Positions 9,192-18,403 of a stretch of DNA of 64,000 nt are shown here, piece by piece. The position numbers and the translations under genes were made by a program. Origin of the DNA: Oscillospiraceae bacterium (GTDB lineage Bacteria > Bacillota > Clostridia > Oscillospirales > CAG-382); the NCBI GenBank assembly GCA_015063785.1, contig SVTM01000010.1, positions 9,728 to 73,727 on the forward strand, read 5' to 3'. The notes under the pieces were generated by a model. That model was not told the origin of the DNA and ran no database searches. It worked only from the letters and a program-made list of their open reading frames with translations. The number at the start of each line of letters is the position of its first letter. The stretch's first letter is position 1.

Positions 9192-10844
9192 ATGAAACCA
9201 AAAATACTGACCTTTGGCGAAATAATATGGGACGTTTACGAAAACGATTCTTTCATCGGCGGAGCAGGACTTAATTTTGCTGCGCATTGTGCAAGATGCG
9301 GAGCGGAAAGTATGCTTTTTTCTGCTGTGGGCCGCGACGAGCTTGGAAAAAGGGCGATTGATTTTGTAAACTGTTTTGGCATGTCCTGTGAGAATATAAA
9401 AATTCTTGATAAACCGACGGGGCAGTGCACCGTCAGGCTCGACAATCACGGAACTCCCGACTTTTGCGTTATACAAGATGTGGCGTACGATAATATACCG
9501 ATCACCGATGACGATGTTTCTTTTATAAACCGAAGCTATGTCGACGCTTTGTATTTCGGAACTCTTATCCAGCGAAGCGCCGTTTCAAGGGCATCTTTGA
9601 AAAAACTATTATCGTCCTGCACTTTTAACGAGATAGTCTGTGATATAAATCTTCGCAAAAACTGTTACGATGCCGATTCGGTGCGTCTGTGCCTTGAAAA
9701 TGCCACGGTGCTCAAGGTGAGCATAGAGGAAGAAGAAAACCTTCGTCAAATGGATATGTACGCACCGTCTTGCGACACCCCCGAGGCTGTCTGCAGGGCA
9801 ATATGCGAGATGTTTTGCAATATAAAATACCTTCTTCTCACCTTGGGCGGCGACGGTGCGCTTTTGTACTGCTCAAAGAACGGCGAATTCTTCAGAGCCC
9901 AGGCAAAAAAATGCGTCGTTGCATCGACGGTGGGGGCAGGCGACAGCTTTGCTGCCGCATGGATATCCTCATATCTGTCGGGAAAAGATGCAAAAGAAGC
10001 GACAGAGATCGCCAACACCCTTGCATCGTTTGTCGTTTCCAAAACAGATGCTATTCCGCAGTATGCCTTTTGCGGCGGCAAAATAATCGAAAAGAGACCC
10101 ATGCTCCAGGCACACCGCGGAGTTTCCACCGATTGCCCCGAAAATACTATGTCGGCGTTTTGCGCCGCGGCAGAGCTTGGATACGAATATATCGAGCTCG
10201 ATCCAAATTATACCTCTGACAAGGTCATCGTCGTTCTGCACGATAAAAGTATAAACCGAACCGCTCGTCACCCCGACGGCCGCGAAATAGAAGAAAAAAT
10301 CAATATCGCCGATATCACTTATTCTCAGGCTCTCGCTTATGATTACGGCATCGGCTTTTCAAAGGATTTTTCGGGAGAAAAGCTGCCCACTCTTGACTCT
10401 GTGCTTTGCCTTGCAAAAGAAAAGGGTGTCACCGTGAAGATCGACAACAAGATCGAAAAATTTCCCGATGACGTTGCACAGGCGCTTTTTGATCTTGTGG
10501 AAAAGTATGGTTCAACTGTTGCTCTAACCTCGGCAAAGGTCGATACGATAAAGAGCTATGCCGCAAGATTTCCATCAGCGTATCTTCATTACGACGGCCC
10601 GGTGGACGATGAGGTTTTGCGCGAGCTTTCGCCGTATTCCGACCGTCTGACCGTTTGGCTTCCTCACTTTTCGCCCCTCACGTCGTGGGCAAAGGTGCCT
10701 TTTGCAGACGAGAAGCTATGCGCAAAGGTTAAGCAAGTGGCACAGCTTGGCATCTGGCTTATCGGCGATACCGAAAGTTACGCGCAGGTTTGTCAAAAAT
10801 ATTCCCCCGATATAATCGAAACCACAGGCGCCATAAAGCCTTAA
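9192..10844 (+). CDS. Fusion protein: PfkB-family sugar kinase (N-terminal) plus glycerophosphodiester phosphodiesterase domain (C-terminal)
   Basis: N-terminal GGAGLNFA and GAGDSFAAAW are PfkB motifs. From about nt 10090, QAHRGVS..PENT and ELD...VVLHD are GDPD catalytic motifs. Single uninterrupted 550-codon ORF. Confidence 0.7.
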   Translation: MKPKILTFGEIIWDVYENDSFIGGAGLNFAAHCARCGAESMLFSAVGRDELGKRAIDFVNCFGMSCENIKILDKPTGQCTVRLDNHGTPDFCVIQDVAYDNIPITDDDVSFINRSYVDALYFGTLIQRSAVSRASLKKLLSSCTFNEIVCDINLRKNCYDADSVRLCLENATVLKVSIEEEENLRQMDMYAPSCDTPEAVCRAICEMFCNIKYLLLTLGGDGALLYCSKNGEFFRAQAKKCVVASTVGAGDSFAAAWISSYLSGKDAKEATEIANTLASFVVSKTDAIPQYAFCGGKIIEKRPMLQAHRGVSTDCPENTMSAFCAAAELGYEYIELDPNYTSDKVIVVLHDKSINRTARHPDGREIEEKINIADITYSQALAYDYGIGFSKDFSGEKLPTLDSVLCLAKEKGVTVKIDNKIEKFPDDVAQALFDLVEKYGSTVALTSAKVDTIKSYAARFPSAYLHYDGPVDDEVLRELSPYSDRLTVWLPHFSPLTSWAKVPFADEKLCAKVKQVAQLGIWLIGDTESYAQVCQKYSPDIIETTGAIKP

Positions 10845-10870
10845 TCATTGAAAAGAAAGGAAAGATAAAA

Positions 10871-11893
10871 ATGAAAGCTGCTGTATTTTATAAAAAATGT
10901 GATCTCCGCATCGAGGATCTTCCGATGCCTGCGATATCGAGTCCCGATGACGTTTTGATAAAAGTGCACGCCTGCGGCATCTGCGGCACCGATATGCATA
11001 TTTTCGATGGCGATGAGGGCGCGGCTCCCACACCGTCGGGCACAGTGCTTGGACACGAGTTTTCGGGCGAGGTTGTGGAAATCGGCGATGCCGTACGCAG
11101 CGTTTCTGTGGGTGATCGCGTGTGTGTCGATCCAAACAAGCTGTGCAACAATTGTGATTATTGCCGCGAGGGAATAGGTCATTTTTGCGAATCCATGATC
11201 GGCATCGGAACAACTGTGAACGGCGGATTTGCGCAGTATTGCGTGGTTCCTTCATCGCAGGTTTATAAATTCGACGGTGATATAACTTATGAAATGGCGG
11301 CAATGTGCGAGCCTGTGGCCTGCTGTCTTCACGGTATTGATATGTGCAATATAATTCCCGGCGGCACGGTTGCCGTGATCGGCGGTGGAATGATAGGGCT
11401 TCTCATGCTACAGCTTGCAAAGCTTAATGGCGCGGCAAAGCTCGTTCTTGTCGAGCCGGTGGCAGAAAAAAGAGAGCTTGCAAATAAACTCGGAGCGGAC
11501 ATAACCGTCGATCCCATCACAGAAGATATCTTCGCAGTCCTTGAGAAAAACGGTATTTCAAGAATAAGCACTGTCATCGAATGTGTCGGAAAGACCGCAA
11601 CAATGAAACAGGCAATTGCCATTGCAGGAAAAAAATCCACTGTTATGATGTTTGGACTCACAAGACCATCGGACGAGATCGAAATAAAACCCTTCGAGAT
11701 CTTCAAAAAAGAGATAACACTCAAGGCTTCGTTCATCAATCCCTACACCCAAAAAAGAGCATTGTCTCTCATCGATTCCAAAAAGATTGACGTTTCGTCG
11801 ATGGTTTACAAGACTATCCCCGTTGACGAGCTTCCCACAGTTCTCGGCGACAAGACAAAAAGATCGCAGGGAAAATATATCGTTACTTTCTGA
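10871..11893 (+). CDS. Zn-dependent alcohol/polyol dehydrogenase (MDR family)
   Basis: MKAAVF..., GICGTDMH, GHEFSG, CxxCxxC structural Zn motif (CNNCDYCREG), and GGGMIGL NAD fold. The ATG at 10871 follows an AAAGG RBS. Confidence 0.8.
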   Translation: MKAAVFYKKCDLRIEDLPMPAISSPDDVLIKVHACGICGTDMHIFDGDEGAAPTPSGTVLGHEFSGEVVEIGDAVRSVSVGDRVCVDPNKLCNNCDYCREGIGHFCESMIGIGTTVNGGFAQYCVVPSSQVYKFDGDITYEMAAMCEPVACCLHGIDMCNIIPGGTVAVIGGGMIGLLMLQLAKLNGAAKLVLVEPVAEKRELANKLGADITVDPITEDIFAVLEKNGISRISTVIECVGKTATMKQAIAIAGKKSTVMMFGLTRPSDEIEIKPFEIFKKEITLKASFINPYTQKRALSLIDSKKIDVSSMVYKTIPVDELPTVLGDKTKRSQGKYIVTF

Positions 11894-11927
11894 TATACAA
11901 CGACAGAGCATCTGCGGTTTGTGCCTG

Positions 11928-11956
11928 TTGACAAAAAATATGCGTTGTTGTATAAT
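11928..11956 (+). promoter_or_regulatory. Sigma-A type promoter
   Basis: TTGACA (11928-11933), 17 nt, TATAAT (11951-11956). Confidence 0.5.
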
Positions 11957-11985
11957 GTTTTTCGTAACGAAAAAGAGGTGCCAAA

Positions 11986-12825
11986 ATGCTTGCAAATTAC
12001 CATACCCATTCAAAATACTGCGACGGAAAAAATACCCCTCGAGAGATGATAGATACTGCCATAGAAAAAGGCTTTGATGTTCTCGGCTTTTCGGGACACG
12101 GCTACACCGCCTTCGATTTTTCCTATTGCATGACCGAGACCGATAAGTATCTTGCCGAGCTTGAAAAACTGCGTGATGAATATCGCGGGAAGATAGATAT
12201 TCTCATCGGTGTCGAGGAGGATATGCGTTATTTTGTCGACAGATCGCGCTACGATTACATAATCGGCTCGTCCCACTATTTTGTTATCGAAGGACGCAAT
12301 CTTCCGCCGTCCGCCACCCTTATCGGCGGAAAATATCAGCACATCGATTCAAGTTTTCAGTGCATGAAAGAATGTGTCGATATTTTTGACGGCGACACAG
12401 TTGCCCTTGCAAAGAGCTATTACGAATCGTTTTGCGACTATATTCTTGCGCGAAAGCCCGATATCGTCGGACATTTTGACCTTATCACAAAGTTTGACGA
12501 AATGGAAGCCCCCATTTTCCTCGGCGATCCCAGGTATACTCGTCTTGCCGAAAAATATATGGAAAGGGTTGCAGATGTCGATTGTATTTTCGAGGTAAAT
12601 ACGGGCGCCATCTCCCGCGGATACCGCACTCTTCCGTATCCTGCCCAAAACCTTTTGCACATTCTGAAAAAGCATGGAGCAAAGATAACCCTCACATCCG
12701 ATTGCCACGCAGCAGAAAATCTTGATTGCTTTTATACCGAGTCAAAAAAGCTCCTATCGGACATCGGATTTGAATATCTCACCCTGCTCACGTCGGACGG
12801 CGTGAAAAAAGAATATCTTAAATAA
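11986..12825 (+). CDS. PHP-domain phosphatase (histidinol-phosphatase HisJ family)
   Basis: N-terminal YHTHSKYCDG and GFSGHG are typical of PHP/HisJ. Confidence 0.7.
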   Translation: MLANYHTHSKYCDGKNTPREMIDTAIEKGFDVLGFSGHGYTAFDFSYCMTETDKYLAELEKLRDEYRGKIDILIGVEEDMRYFVDRSRYDYIIGSSHYFVIEGRNLPPSATLIGGKYQHIDSSFQCMKECVDIFDGDTVALAKSYYESFCDYILARKPDIVGHFDLITKFDEMEAPIFLGDPRYTRLAEKYMERVADVDCIFEVNTGAISRGYRTLPYPAQNLLHILKKHGAKITLTSDCHAAENLDCFYTESKKLLSDIGFEYLTLLTSDGVKKEYLK

Positions 12826-12842
12826 CAAAGGAAAAACATACA

Positions 12843-13880
12843 ATGATTTTTGATGCACACATCCATTTTGACGGCGAACTCGGCCTTTCCGACTCTGTCA
12901 AATATTTCAACGATTTCTTTGACGAATTTGGTATCAGCAAGGCGATAGCCCTTGCATATTGCAACTGGACCGAAAGCACGGATCAGCTTTCGGCAAATTT
13001 CAAGTGCATCTGGCTGAAAAAACAGATGCCAAAAAGAATGTTTGCCTATATGTCGCTGCGCCACAATTTTGAAAAGCCTTTTTCTGCCGACGATTATTAC
13101 AACCAGCTTTGCGAAGGCATGGCAATGGGTTTTGACGGTGTCAAATTTCTCGACGGCAAACCCGATATCCGCAAGAGAATCGGTTTTAAGCTGTGCGACA
13201 GCCGATATGACAAGGTTTTGGAAAAGCTTGAAAAAGACGGCACTCCCATTGTGTATCATGTGGCAGACCCTTTGAAAAACTGGCACGATCCCAAGTCGAT
13301 CGATTATTACGGCGACGATAGTTTCACAACAAAAGAAGAACTTTATGCCGAGGTCGAGGAATTTATGAAAAAATTCCCCAAGCTTCGCATCTCGTTTGCA
13401 CATTTCTTCTTTCTCGCCGCAGAGCTTGAAAGAGCGGCGGACTTTCTTGACAGATACGAAAATGTCAGCTTCGATCTCGCTCCCGGCCGCGAAATGTTCC
13501 ACGAGCTTGCCACAGACATTCCGTCTGCCCGCGAATTTTTCAAAAAGTACAAAAAACGCCTGATCTGGGGCTCGGATATCAGTAACATGATGATACATGA
13601 CGACTATTGCAGAGATATATATAAGATATACAACAACGTGTTCGGAAACGGCGAAAAGTTTTTTGCGGTCGATGCGGACTTTACTCCTCTGGGAATTGAC
13701 GAAGAAACGATGGAATATGTAAGATACAAGAACCAGCTTGCAATTTCTGGTGACACACCACTTCCCGTAAACGACCAAGCCGTAAGAGATGCCATTGCAA
13801 ATTTCAGAAAAGAAAAACTTGTTCTTCCCGAAAAAGAACAGGCAGAATTCGAAGAGATCTGCCGAGATTTCGGAGTATAA
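12843..13880 (+). CDS. Amidohydrolase-fold metal-dependent hydrolase
   Basis: N-terminal FDAHIHF (HxH) motif; TIM-barrel hydrolase-like length. Confidence 0.5.
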   Translation: MIFDAHIHFDGELGLSDSVKYFNDFFDEFGISKAIALAYCNWTESTDQLSANFKCIWLKKQMPKRMFAYMSLRHNFEKPFSADDYYNQLCEGMAMGFDGVKFLDGKPDIRKRIGFKLCDSRYDKVLEKLEKDGTPIVYHVADPLKNWHDPKSIDYYGDDSFTTKEELYAEVEEFMKKFPKLRISFAHFFFLAAELERAADFLDRYENVSFDLAPGREMFHELATDIPSAREFFKKYKKRLIWGSDISNMMIHDDYCRDIYKIYNNVFGNGEKFFAVDADFTPLGIDEETMEYVRYKNQLAISGDTPLPVNDQAVRDAIANFRKEKLVLPEKEQAEFEEICRDFGV

Positions 13881-13884
13881 AAAT

Positions 13885-13911
13885 AAAAAACGCACCCTCT
13901 GGTGCGTTTTT
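13885..13911. terminator. Bidirectional intrinsic terminator between convergent genes
   Basis: aaaaaacgcacc-ctct-ggtgcgttttt: a hairpin flanked by an A-run and a T-run. Confidence 0.65.
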
Positions 13912-13913
13912 CT

Positions 13914-14861
13914 TTATCTCGAAAACATTTCTTTAGAAAATTTGTTGATCTCATTCACGTATCTCTCGGTGTTGAAAACATAATTTGCGCAGTGTCCGTT
14001 GTTGTGAAAAGCCACCAGATGCTTTTCGGACGCGCAGGCGGCATATACTTTGCGAGTCATGCGGCAGGGAACAAAAAAATCGTCCTCCCCGTGTAGAAAT
14101 AGCACCGGTTTTTTGCAGTTTTTCACCGCATCCACCGCCGTCGTCTCGTCAAGATCGAATTTGCCAAAAATTTTAGCCCCTGCTTTTGCAAGGGGTGCTA
14201 CGAGATTTTCGGGATATTTTCTATCCCGGCTTACCTTCAAAACGATATCGCGAGGGGAGGTATAGGTGCTGTCAGAAATGATCCCCACTACGTTTCTTGG
14301 CATCTCCATTCCTGACGCCATCAGCACTGTTGCTGCCCCCATCGAAAGTCCGATGAGCATTATTTTTTGCTCTTTGCCAAAGCGTTCGACGGCATAGTTT
14401 ATCCACGAAAGGCAGTCGTGCCTCTCGCGGATGCCAAAGGTGATTATCCTACCGCCACTCCTGCCGTGGGCTCGTTGATCCACCAACAAAACGTTGTGCC
14501 CCTGATCCTTTGAAATCCGAAAAACTCCGCAACAATCACGGCAGGAGGCGCTGCGATACCCGTGAAAAAGAATGTCAAGGGGAGCTCCGTCTGCGTGGTG
14601 ATAATACTTTGCGCAAAGTTCAAGACCGTCAAACGATCTTATCGTTACAACCTCGTGCGGAGTGTCGAGAATGTCGGAAATAAGAAAGTGTATGCGGTCC
14701 TTTCCGATTTTCACATTGGCGTCGGCAGGGGTGAGTATTGATTCGTCAATCTCCCTGTGGTCTGCACGGAATGCAACGAGATAAACGTAAAAAGCCCCGG
14801 CAACAAAGACCAAACATAGAATAGCTGATACAAAAACGAAAAGCGAAAAAGCAATTTGCAT
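13914..14861 (-). CDS. Alpha/beta hydrolase with N-terminal membrane anchor
   Basis: GLSMGAAT nucleophile elbow, HGEDD and NNGH. Hydrophobic N-terminus. The ATG at 14861 follows GAGGAAAA; the track start at 14918 is less likely. Confidence 0.7.
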   Translation of the reverse strand: MQIAFSLFVFVSAILCLVFVAGAFYVYLVAFRADHREIDESILTPADANVKIGKDRIHFLISDILDTPHEVVTIRSFDGLELCAKYYHHADGAPLDILFHGYRSASCRDCCGVFRISKDQGHNVLLVDQRAHGRSGGRIITFGIRERHDCLSWINYAVERFGKEQKIMLIGLSMGAATVLMASGMEMPRNVVGIISDSTYTSPRDIVLKVSRDRKYPENLVAPLAKAGAKIFGKFDLDETTAVDAVKNCKKPVLFLHGEDDFFVPCRMTRKVYAACASEKHLVAFHNNGHCANYVFNTERYVNEINKFSKEMFSR

Positions 14862-14961
14862 AATATTTTCCTCTGAATATGTTTTTTTCGCTCTTATTCT
14901 TGCCCGAAAAACCAACAAAATACTTTTTTTAAAAAAACTTTTGAAAAAATCAAAAAATCCC

Positions 14962-14990
14962 TTGACAAAAGGCTTTTTGGGTGCTATAAT
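14962..14990 (+). promoter_or_regulatory. Promoter of the tRNA-Val gene
   Basis: TTGACA (14962-14967), 17 nt, TGcTATAAT (extended -10; hexamer at 14985-14990). Confidence 0.6.
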
Positions 14991-15019
14991 ATAATCCGTT
15001 GACAGGAAGTCAACGGTTT

Positions 15020-15095
15020 GGGAGTTTAGCTCAGCTGGGAGAGCGTCTGCCTTACAAGCAGGATGTCAGCGGTTCGATCCCGTTAACTCCCACCA
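15020..15095 (+). tRNA. tRNA-Val (anticodon TAC), CCA encoded
   Basis: Acceptor stem gggagtt/aactccc, D-loop agctcagctgggagagc, anticodon loop cTTACAa, T-arm ggttcgatcc, and 3' a-cca. Confidence 0.9.
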
Positions 15096-15103
15096 AAACA
15101 AAA

Positions 15104-15136
15104 GCACTTGCAATTGCAGGTGCTTTTTGTTTTTTG
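15104..15136. terminator. Bidirectional terminator (tRNA-Val and the convergent Cys-rich gene)
   Basis: Hairpin gcacttgc-aatt-gcaggtgc with T-runs on both strands. Confidence 0.6.
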
Positions 15137-15141
15137 TTTTT

Positions 15142-16368
15142 CTATTTTCCCGATGCAAAGGAGACCTTTGGCGAGTCTGCTGTGCTTCTTGCGCCGCTTG
15201 TCTGCGCAGGTTCCTCACAGCACACAGTGTTGGGACAAGGGGGAAGCGGCAGACAGTTTTCGCCGCCTGTGTCAGAATCAGTGCAACTGCAGGTGGGAAA
15301 GCAGCTGCAGTTCAGGTTTCCGTCACAGCAACCGCCTGCGGTGCTGTCACCCGAAACGCAGCTTGAGCATCCGCAGTTTCCGCCGCAATTGCCGCATGTG
15401 TTGCCGCACGAGGAACCTTTGCAAAGCTTCTTTATGCAGTTGAAAAGCTTGCACAGTTCTTCCACGTCGCAGTCGTTTCCGGTTGAATCTCCCGATACCG
15501 AACTGTCAGGGCAAAGATTAGAGTTGTTGGATGAAACCCCGCAGGTTGTGCAGCCGCATGCGGTATCGCATCTTTTTCCACAGCTTTCGTCAGTGCAATC
15601 GCTGTCGTAGGGGCTGTCGGGAATGGGAATGATCTCGCCGCAAATCGTGCCGTTTGAAATAAAAGTGCAGATGGGCGCCACATATGCGTGAAAACTGTTT
15701 TTGGTGAAAAAGGCATAAAGATATCCGCCGTAGCAGAAAAAGGATCTGATCCTGTAACCGTAAGGCAGGCGTTGCACTTTTACAGATCCCGTCGAAAGCA
15801 ATGTGGCACGGATGTAGGTTTGTGCCGATTTCGTGCTTTCAAGCCCTTCATAAAGTATGCCGTTATTTTCTCCGATTGCAGTATATACGTTGTTGCGCCC
15901 AGCGCTTGCAAGATTTGCAATCAGCCGTCCGTTGCTGTCGGATGCGTATGCATTAGTGGAGTTTGCAACTGCTAAAAGACAACTATTTCCTTCGCAATCG
16001 CCGGAGGGGCCGACAAAAATATTTTCCTGCCTTGCTCCGCAGGTGCCTGCCGTACAGGTACAGCTGCACGAACATGGCGAAAAATCGGGCTCAACAAAGC
16101 CGATTTGCGAAAAACATTTGTTTAAAATATATATTCTGCTACAGTTTTCAGCCGTGGCATAAAATCTACCCTGACGGCAATAGTGAAGCCCTGTGTATCT
16201 TCGCGGAAGCTTGAAAACACAGATTATTCTGCCGCAGACGTCAAGTTTGTAAACCGTCTTTCTGTCGGGCTGCAGTGCATAAAGGTATTCTCCGTCACTT
16301 GTCACCGAGCTTATCTTCAGGCCGCAGGGTGATGGAATTGCAAGAAAAGACGAGCCTTGAACGTTCAA
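15142..16368 (-). CDS. Cysteine-rich protein of unknown function (408 aa)
   Basis: TTG start 6 nt after GGAGAG. By my count 43 Cys, 27 of them in the last 154 residues. No signal peptide. Confidence 0.7.
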   Translation of the reverse strand: MNVQGSSFLAIPSPCGLKISSVTSDGEYLYALQPDRKTVYKLDVCGRIICVFKLPRRYTGLHYCRQGRFYATAENCSRIYILNKCFSQIGFVEPDFSPCSCSCTCTAGTCGARQENIFVGPSGDCEGNSCLLAVANSTNAYASDSNGRLIANLASAGRNNVYTAIGENNGILYEGLESTKSAQTYIRATLLSTGSVKVQRLPYGYRIRSFFCYGGYLYAFFTKNSFHAYVAPICTFISNGTICGEIIPIPDSPYDSDCTDESCGKRCDTACGCTTCGVSSNNSNLCPDSSVSGDSTGNDCDVEELCKLFNCIKKLCKGSSCGNTCGNCGGNCGCSSCVSGDSTAGGCCDGNLNCSCFPTCSCTDSDTGGENCLPLPPCPNTVCCEEPAQTSGARSTADSPKVSFASGK

Positions 16369-16476
16369 TATTATCTCTCCTCATGATGAATGTCGTTTGA
16401 TGCAGTATATGCAAATGTGCGTCTTTGTGACAAGGTTCAATACAGGGTAAGATGCTGTAAAAAAGCAAAATATCTA

Positions 16477-16505
16477 TTGATTTTTGACTGTTTATATGAT
16501 AAAAT
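16477..16505 (+). promoter_or_regulatory. Sigma-A type promoter for the acyl-CoA ligase gene
   Basis: TTGATT (16477-16482), 17 nt, TGaTAAAAT (hexamer at 16500-16505). Confidence 0.5.
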
Positions 16506-16546
16506 AGTATAAATATACAATAATAAAAAGAAATTGAAAGGAATCC

Positions 16547-18259
16547 GTGAAAATGGCAAAAAAGAATCTTGCTGAAAACTACCCTTACGACGAAGTGAGG
16601 CCCCTTTCTGATTTCAAGCAGATGCTTGATGACAACGCCGAAAGACTCGGCAACAAGCCCGCTTTCAAATTCAAAGAAGACGGCGAAGTAAAAGAAGTAT
16701 CCTACACAGCTTTCAAAACCGAAACCGATTCTTTCGGAACAGCTCTTTGCTCACTTGGTGTTGCAAGGAGTCACATTGCTATCGTCTGCGAAAACTGCTA
16801 TAAGTTTATCGTTTCGTACCTCACCGTTCTCAAGAGCGAGGGCGTTTTCGTACCGATCGATAAGGAACTTCCCGCAAATGAGATCGCAAACATCATCATC
16901 AATTCCGATTCTGAAGTGGTTATCTATTCCAAAAAATACGAAGAAAAGGTTCGCTCTGTTTCGGGCATGCTTCAGAACGTAAAGTATTTCATCGCACTTG
17001 ACGATGAAGAAAATTCCGACGACGGCAAGACCTTCTCTTACAAGGAGCTTATGAAGGCAGGCTACGAAGCTCTTCAAAACGGCGACCGCGCTTTCCTTGA
17101 AATGGCTCCCAAGCATGAAGACCTTAAGCTTCTCGTTTACACATCCGGCACAACCGGCACTGCAAAGGGCGTTATGCTCTCTTTGCACAATCTCGTTTCG
17201 TGTGTTTACTACGGCCTTATGATCGCCAACACCCACGACGTTGCTCTTTCGGTGCTTCCTTATCACCACACATACGAATCTGTCTGCAGCATTCTCGTCA
17301 ACCTCCACAACGGTTCGACTATCTGCATCAACGAAAGCATCCGTACAGTAAGTGCCAACATGAAGCTTTATAAGCCCCAGATCATCATGCTCGTTCCTCT
17401 TTTTGTTGAATCTATCTACAAGAAGATCTGGAGCGAAATCGAAAACAAGGGCAAGACAAAGATTTTCAAAAAGCTTATGAAGACCAGCAACGCTCTTCTT
17501 AAGGTCGGCATCGATATGAGAAAGACTTTCTTCAAGTCTATCCACGACGTTTTCGGCGGCGATATCAAAAAGATCGTTTGCGGTGGCGCTCCTGTCAGAC
17601 AGGAACTCGGCGAATTTTTCGAGACCTGCGGCATCACTCTTACCAACGGCTACGGCATCACAGAGTGTTCGCCTCTTGTATCTGTAAACCGCGACTACTT
17701 CTACAATTTTGCATCTGCAGGCGTTGCGCTTCCTTGCGTTGAGCTTCGCATCGACAATCCCAATGAGGACGGCGAGGGCGAGATCTGTGTAAAGGGCGAC
17801 ACTGTTATGATGGGCTATTACAAGATGCCCGAGCTTACCGCCGAGGTGCTTGAACCCGACGGATGGTTCCACACAGGTGACTACGGAAGAATCGACGAAG
17901 TAAAGCGCCTTTACATCACAGGCCGCAAGAAGAACCTTATCGTTCTCCGTAACGGAAAGAACATCTATCCCGAAGAGATCGAGGATTATATCATGAACCT
18001 TCCTCTTGTCGGCGAAGTAATCGTTTCTGCCGCAAAGAACGACAACGGCGAAGAAGTTGGCCTTTGCGCCGAGATCCTTCCCGATGAAAAGCAGGTTGGC
18101 GGCATGACAGACGAAGAAATCTATGACAAGATCAAGCAGTCTGTCACAGAGCTCAACGACAAGCTTCCCCAGTACAAGCACGTTCACAACGTCGTTATCA
18201 GAAAGGAAGCTTTTGACAAGACCACCACAGGTAAGATCAAGAGAAACTACAACAAGTAA
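16547..18259 (+). CDS. Long-chain acyl-CoA synthetase (AMP-forming ligase family)
   Basis: The AMP-binding motif YTSGTTGTAKGV, plus GYGITE and TGDYG blocks. The track start is GTG 16547; ATG 16553 is the likelier start. Confidence 0.85.
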   Translation: MKMAKKNLAENYPYDEVRPLSDFKQMLDDNAERLGNKPAFKFKEDGEVKEVSYTAFKTETDSFGTALCSLGVARSHIAIVCENCYKFIVSYLTVLKSEGVFVPIDKELPANEIANIIINSDSEVVIYSKKYEEKVRSVSGMLQNVKYFIALDDEENSDDGKTFSYKELMKAGYEALQNGDRAFLEMAPKHEDLKLLVYTSGTTGTAKGVMLSLHNLVSCVYYGLMIANTHDVALSVLPYHHTYESVCSILVNLHNGSTICINESIRTVSANMKLYKPQIIMLVPLFVESIYKKIWSEIENKGKTKIFKKLMKTSNALLKVGIDMRKTFFKSIHDVFGGDIKKIVCGGAPVRQELGEFFETCGITLTNGYGITECSPLVSVNRDYFYNFASAGVALPCVELRIDNPNEDGEGEICVKGDTVMMGYYKMPELTAEVLEPDGWFHTGDYGRIDEVKRLYITGRKKNLIVLRNGKNIYPEEIEDYIMNLPLVGEVIVSAAKNDNGEEVGLCAEILPDEKQVGGMTDEEIYDKIKQSVTELNDKLPQYKHVHNVVIRKEAFDKTTTGKIKRNYNK

Positions 18260-18267
18260 TAAAAAGA

Positions 18268-18296
18268 AAGGGTGCATCGCGTGATGCACCCTTTTC
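18268..18296 (+). terminator. Intrinsic terminator
   Basis: gggtgcatc-gcgt-gatgcaccc followed by TTTT. Confidence 0.65.
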
Positions 18297-18403
18297 GCAT
18301 GAATTTTTGCCAAATATCGGCAAACACTCAAACAATTATCAAAAAACCGTCACATTCCGCAAGTATCATATAATCACAGAACAAATGATACTCGGAGGAA
18401 AAA

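Noticed and set aside
12732-13895. 387-aa minus-strand ORF
   Set aside because: It is antisense to the amidohydrolase gene. It has F/K/V-rich composition with no motifs and runs through the bidirectional terminator.
14999-15610. 203-aa plus-strand ORF
   Set aside because: It starts inside the tRNA-Val promoter and runs through the tRNA and its terminator. The remainder is the antisense of the Cys-codon-rich tail of the minus-strand gene.
16751-18331. 526-aa minus-strand ORF
   Set aside because: It is antisense to the AMP-binding acyl-CoA ligase, which has clear motifs. Shadow ORF.
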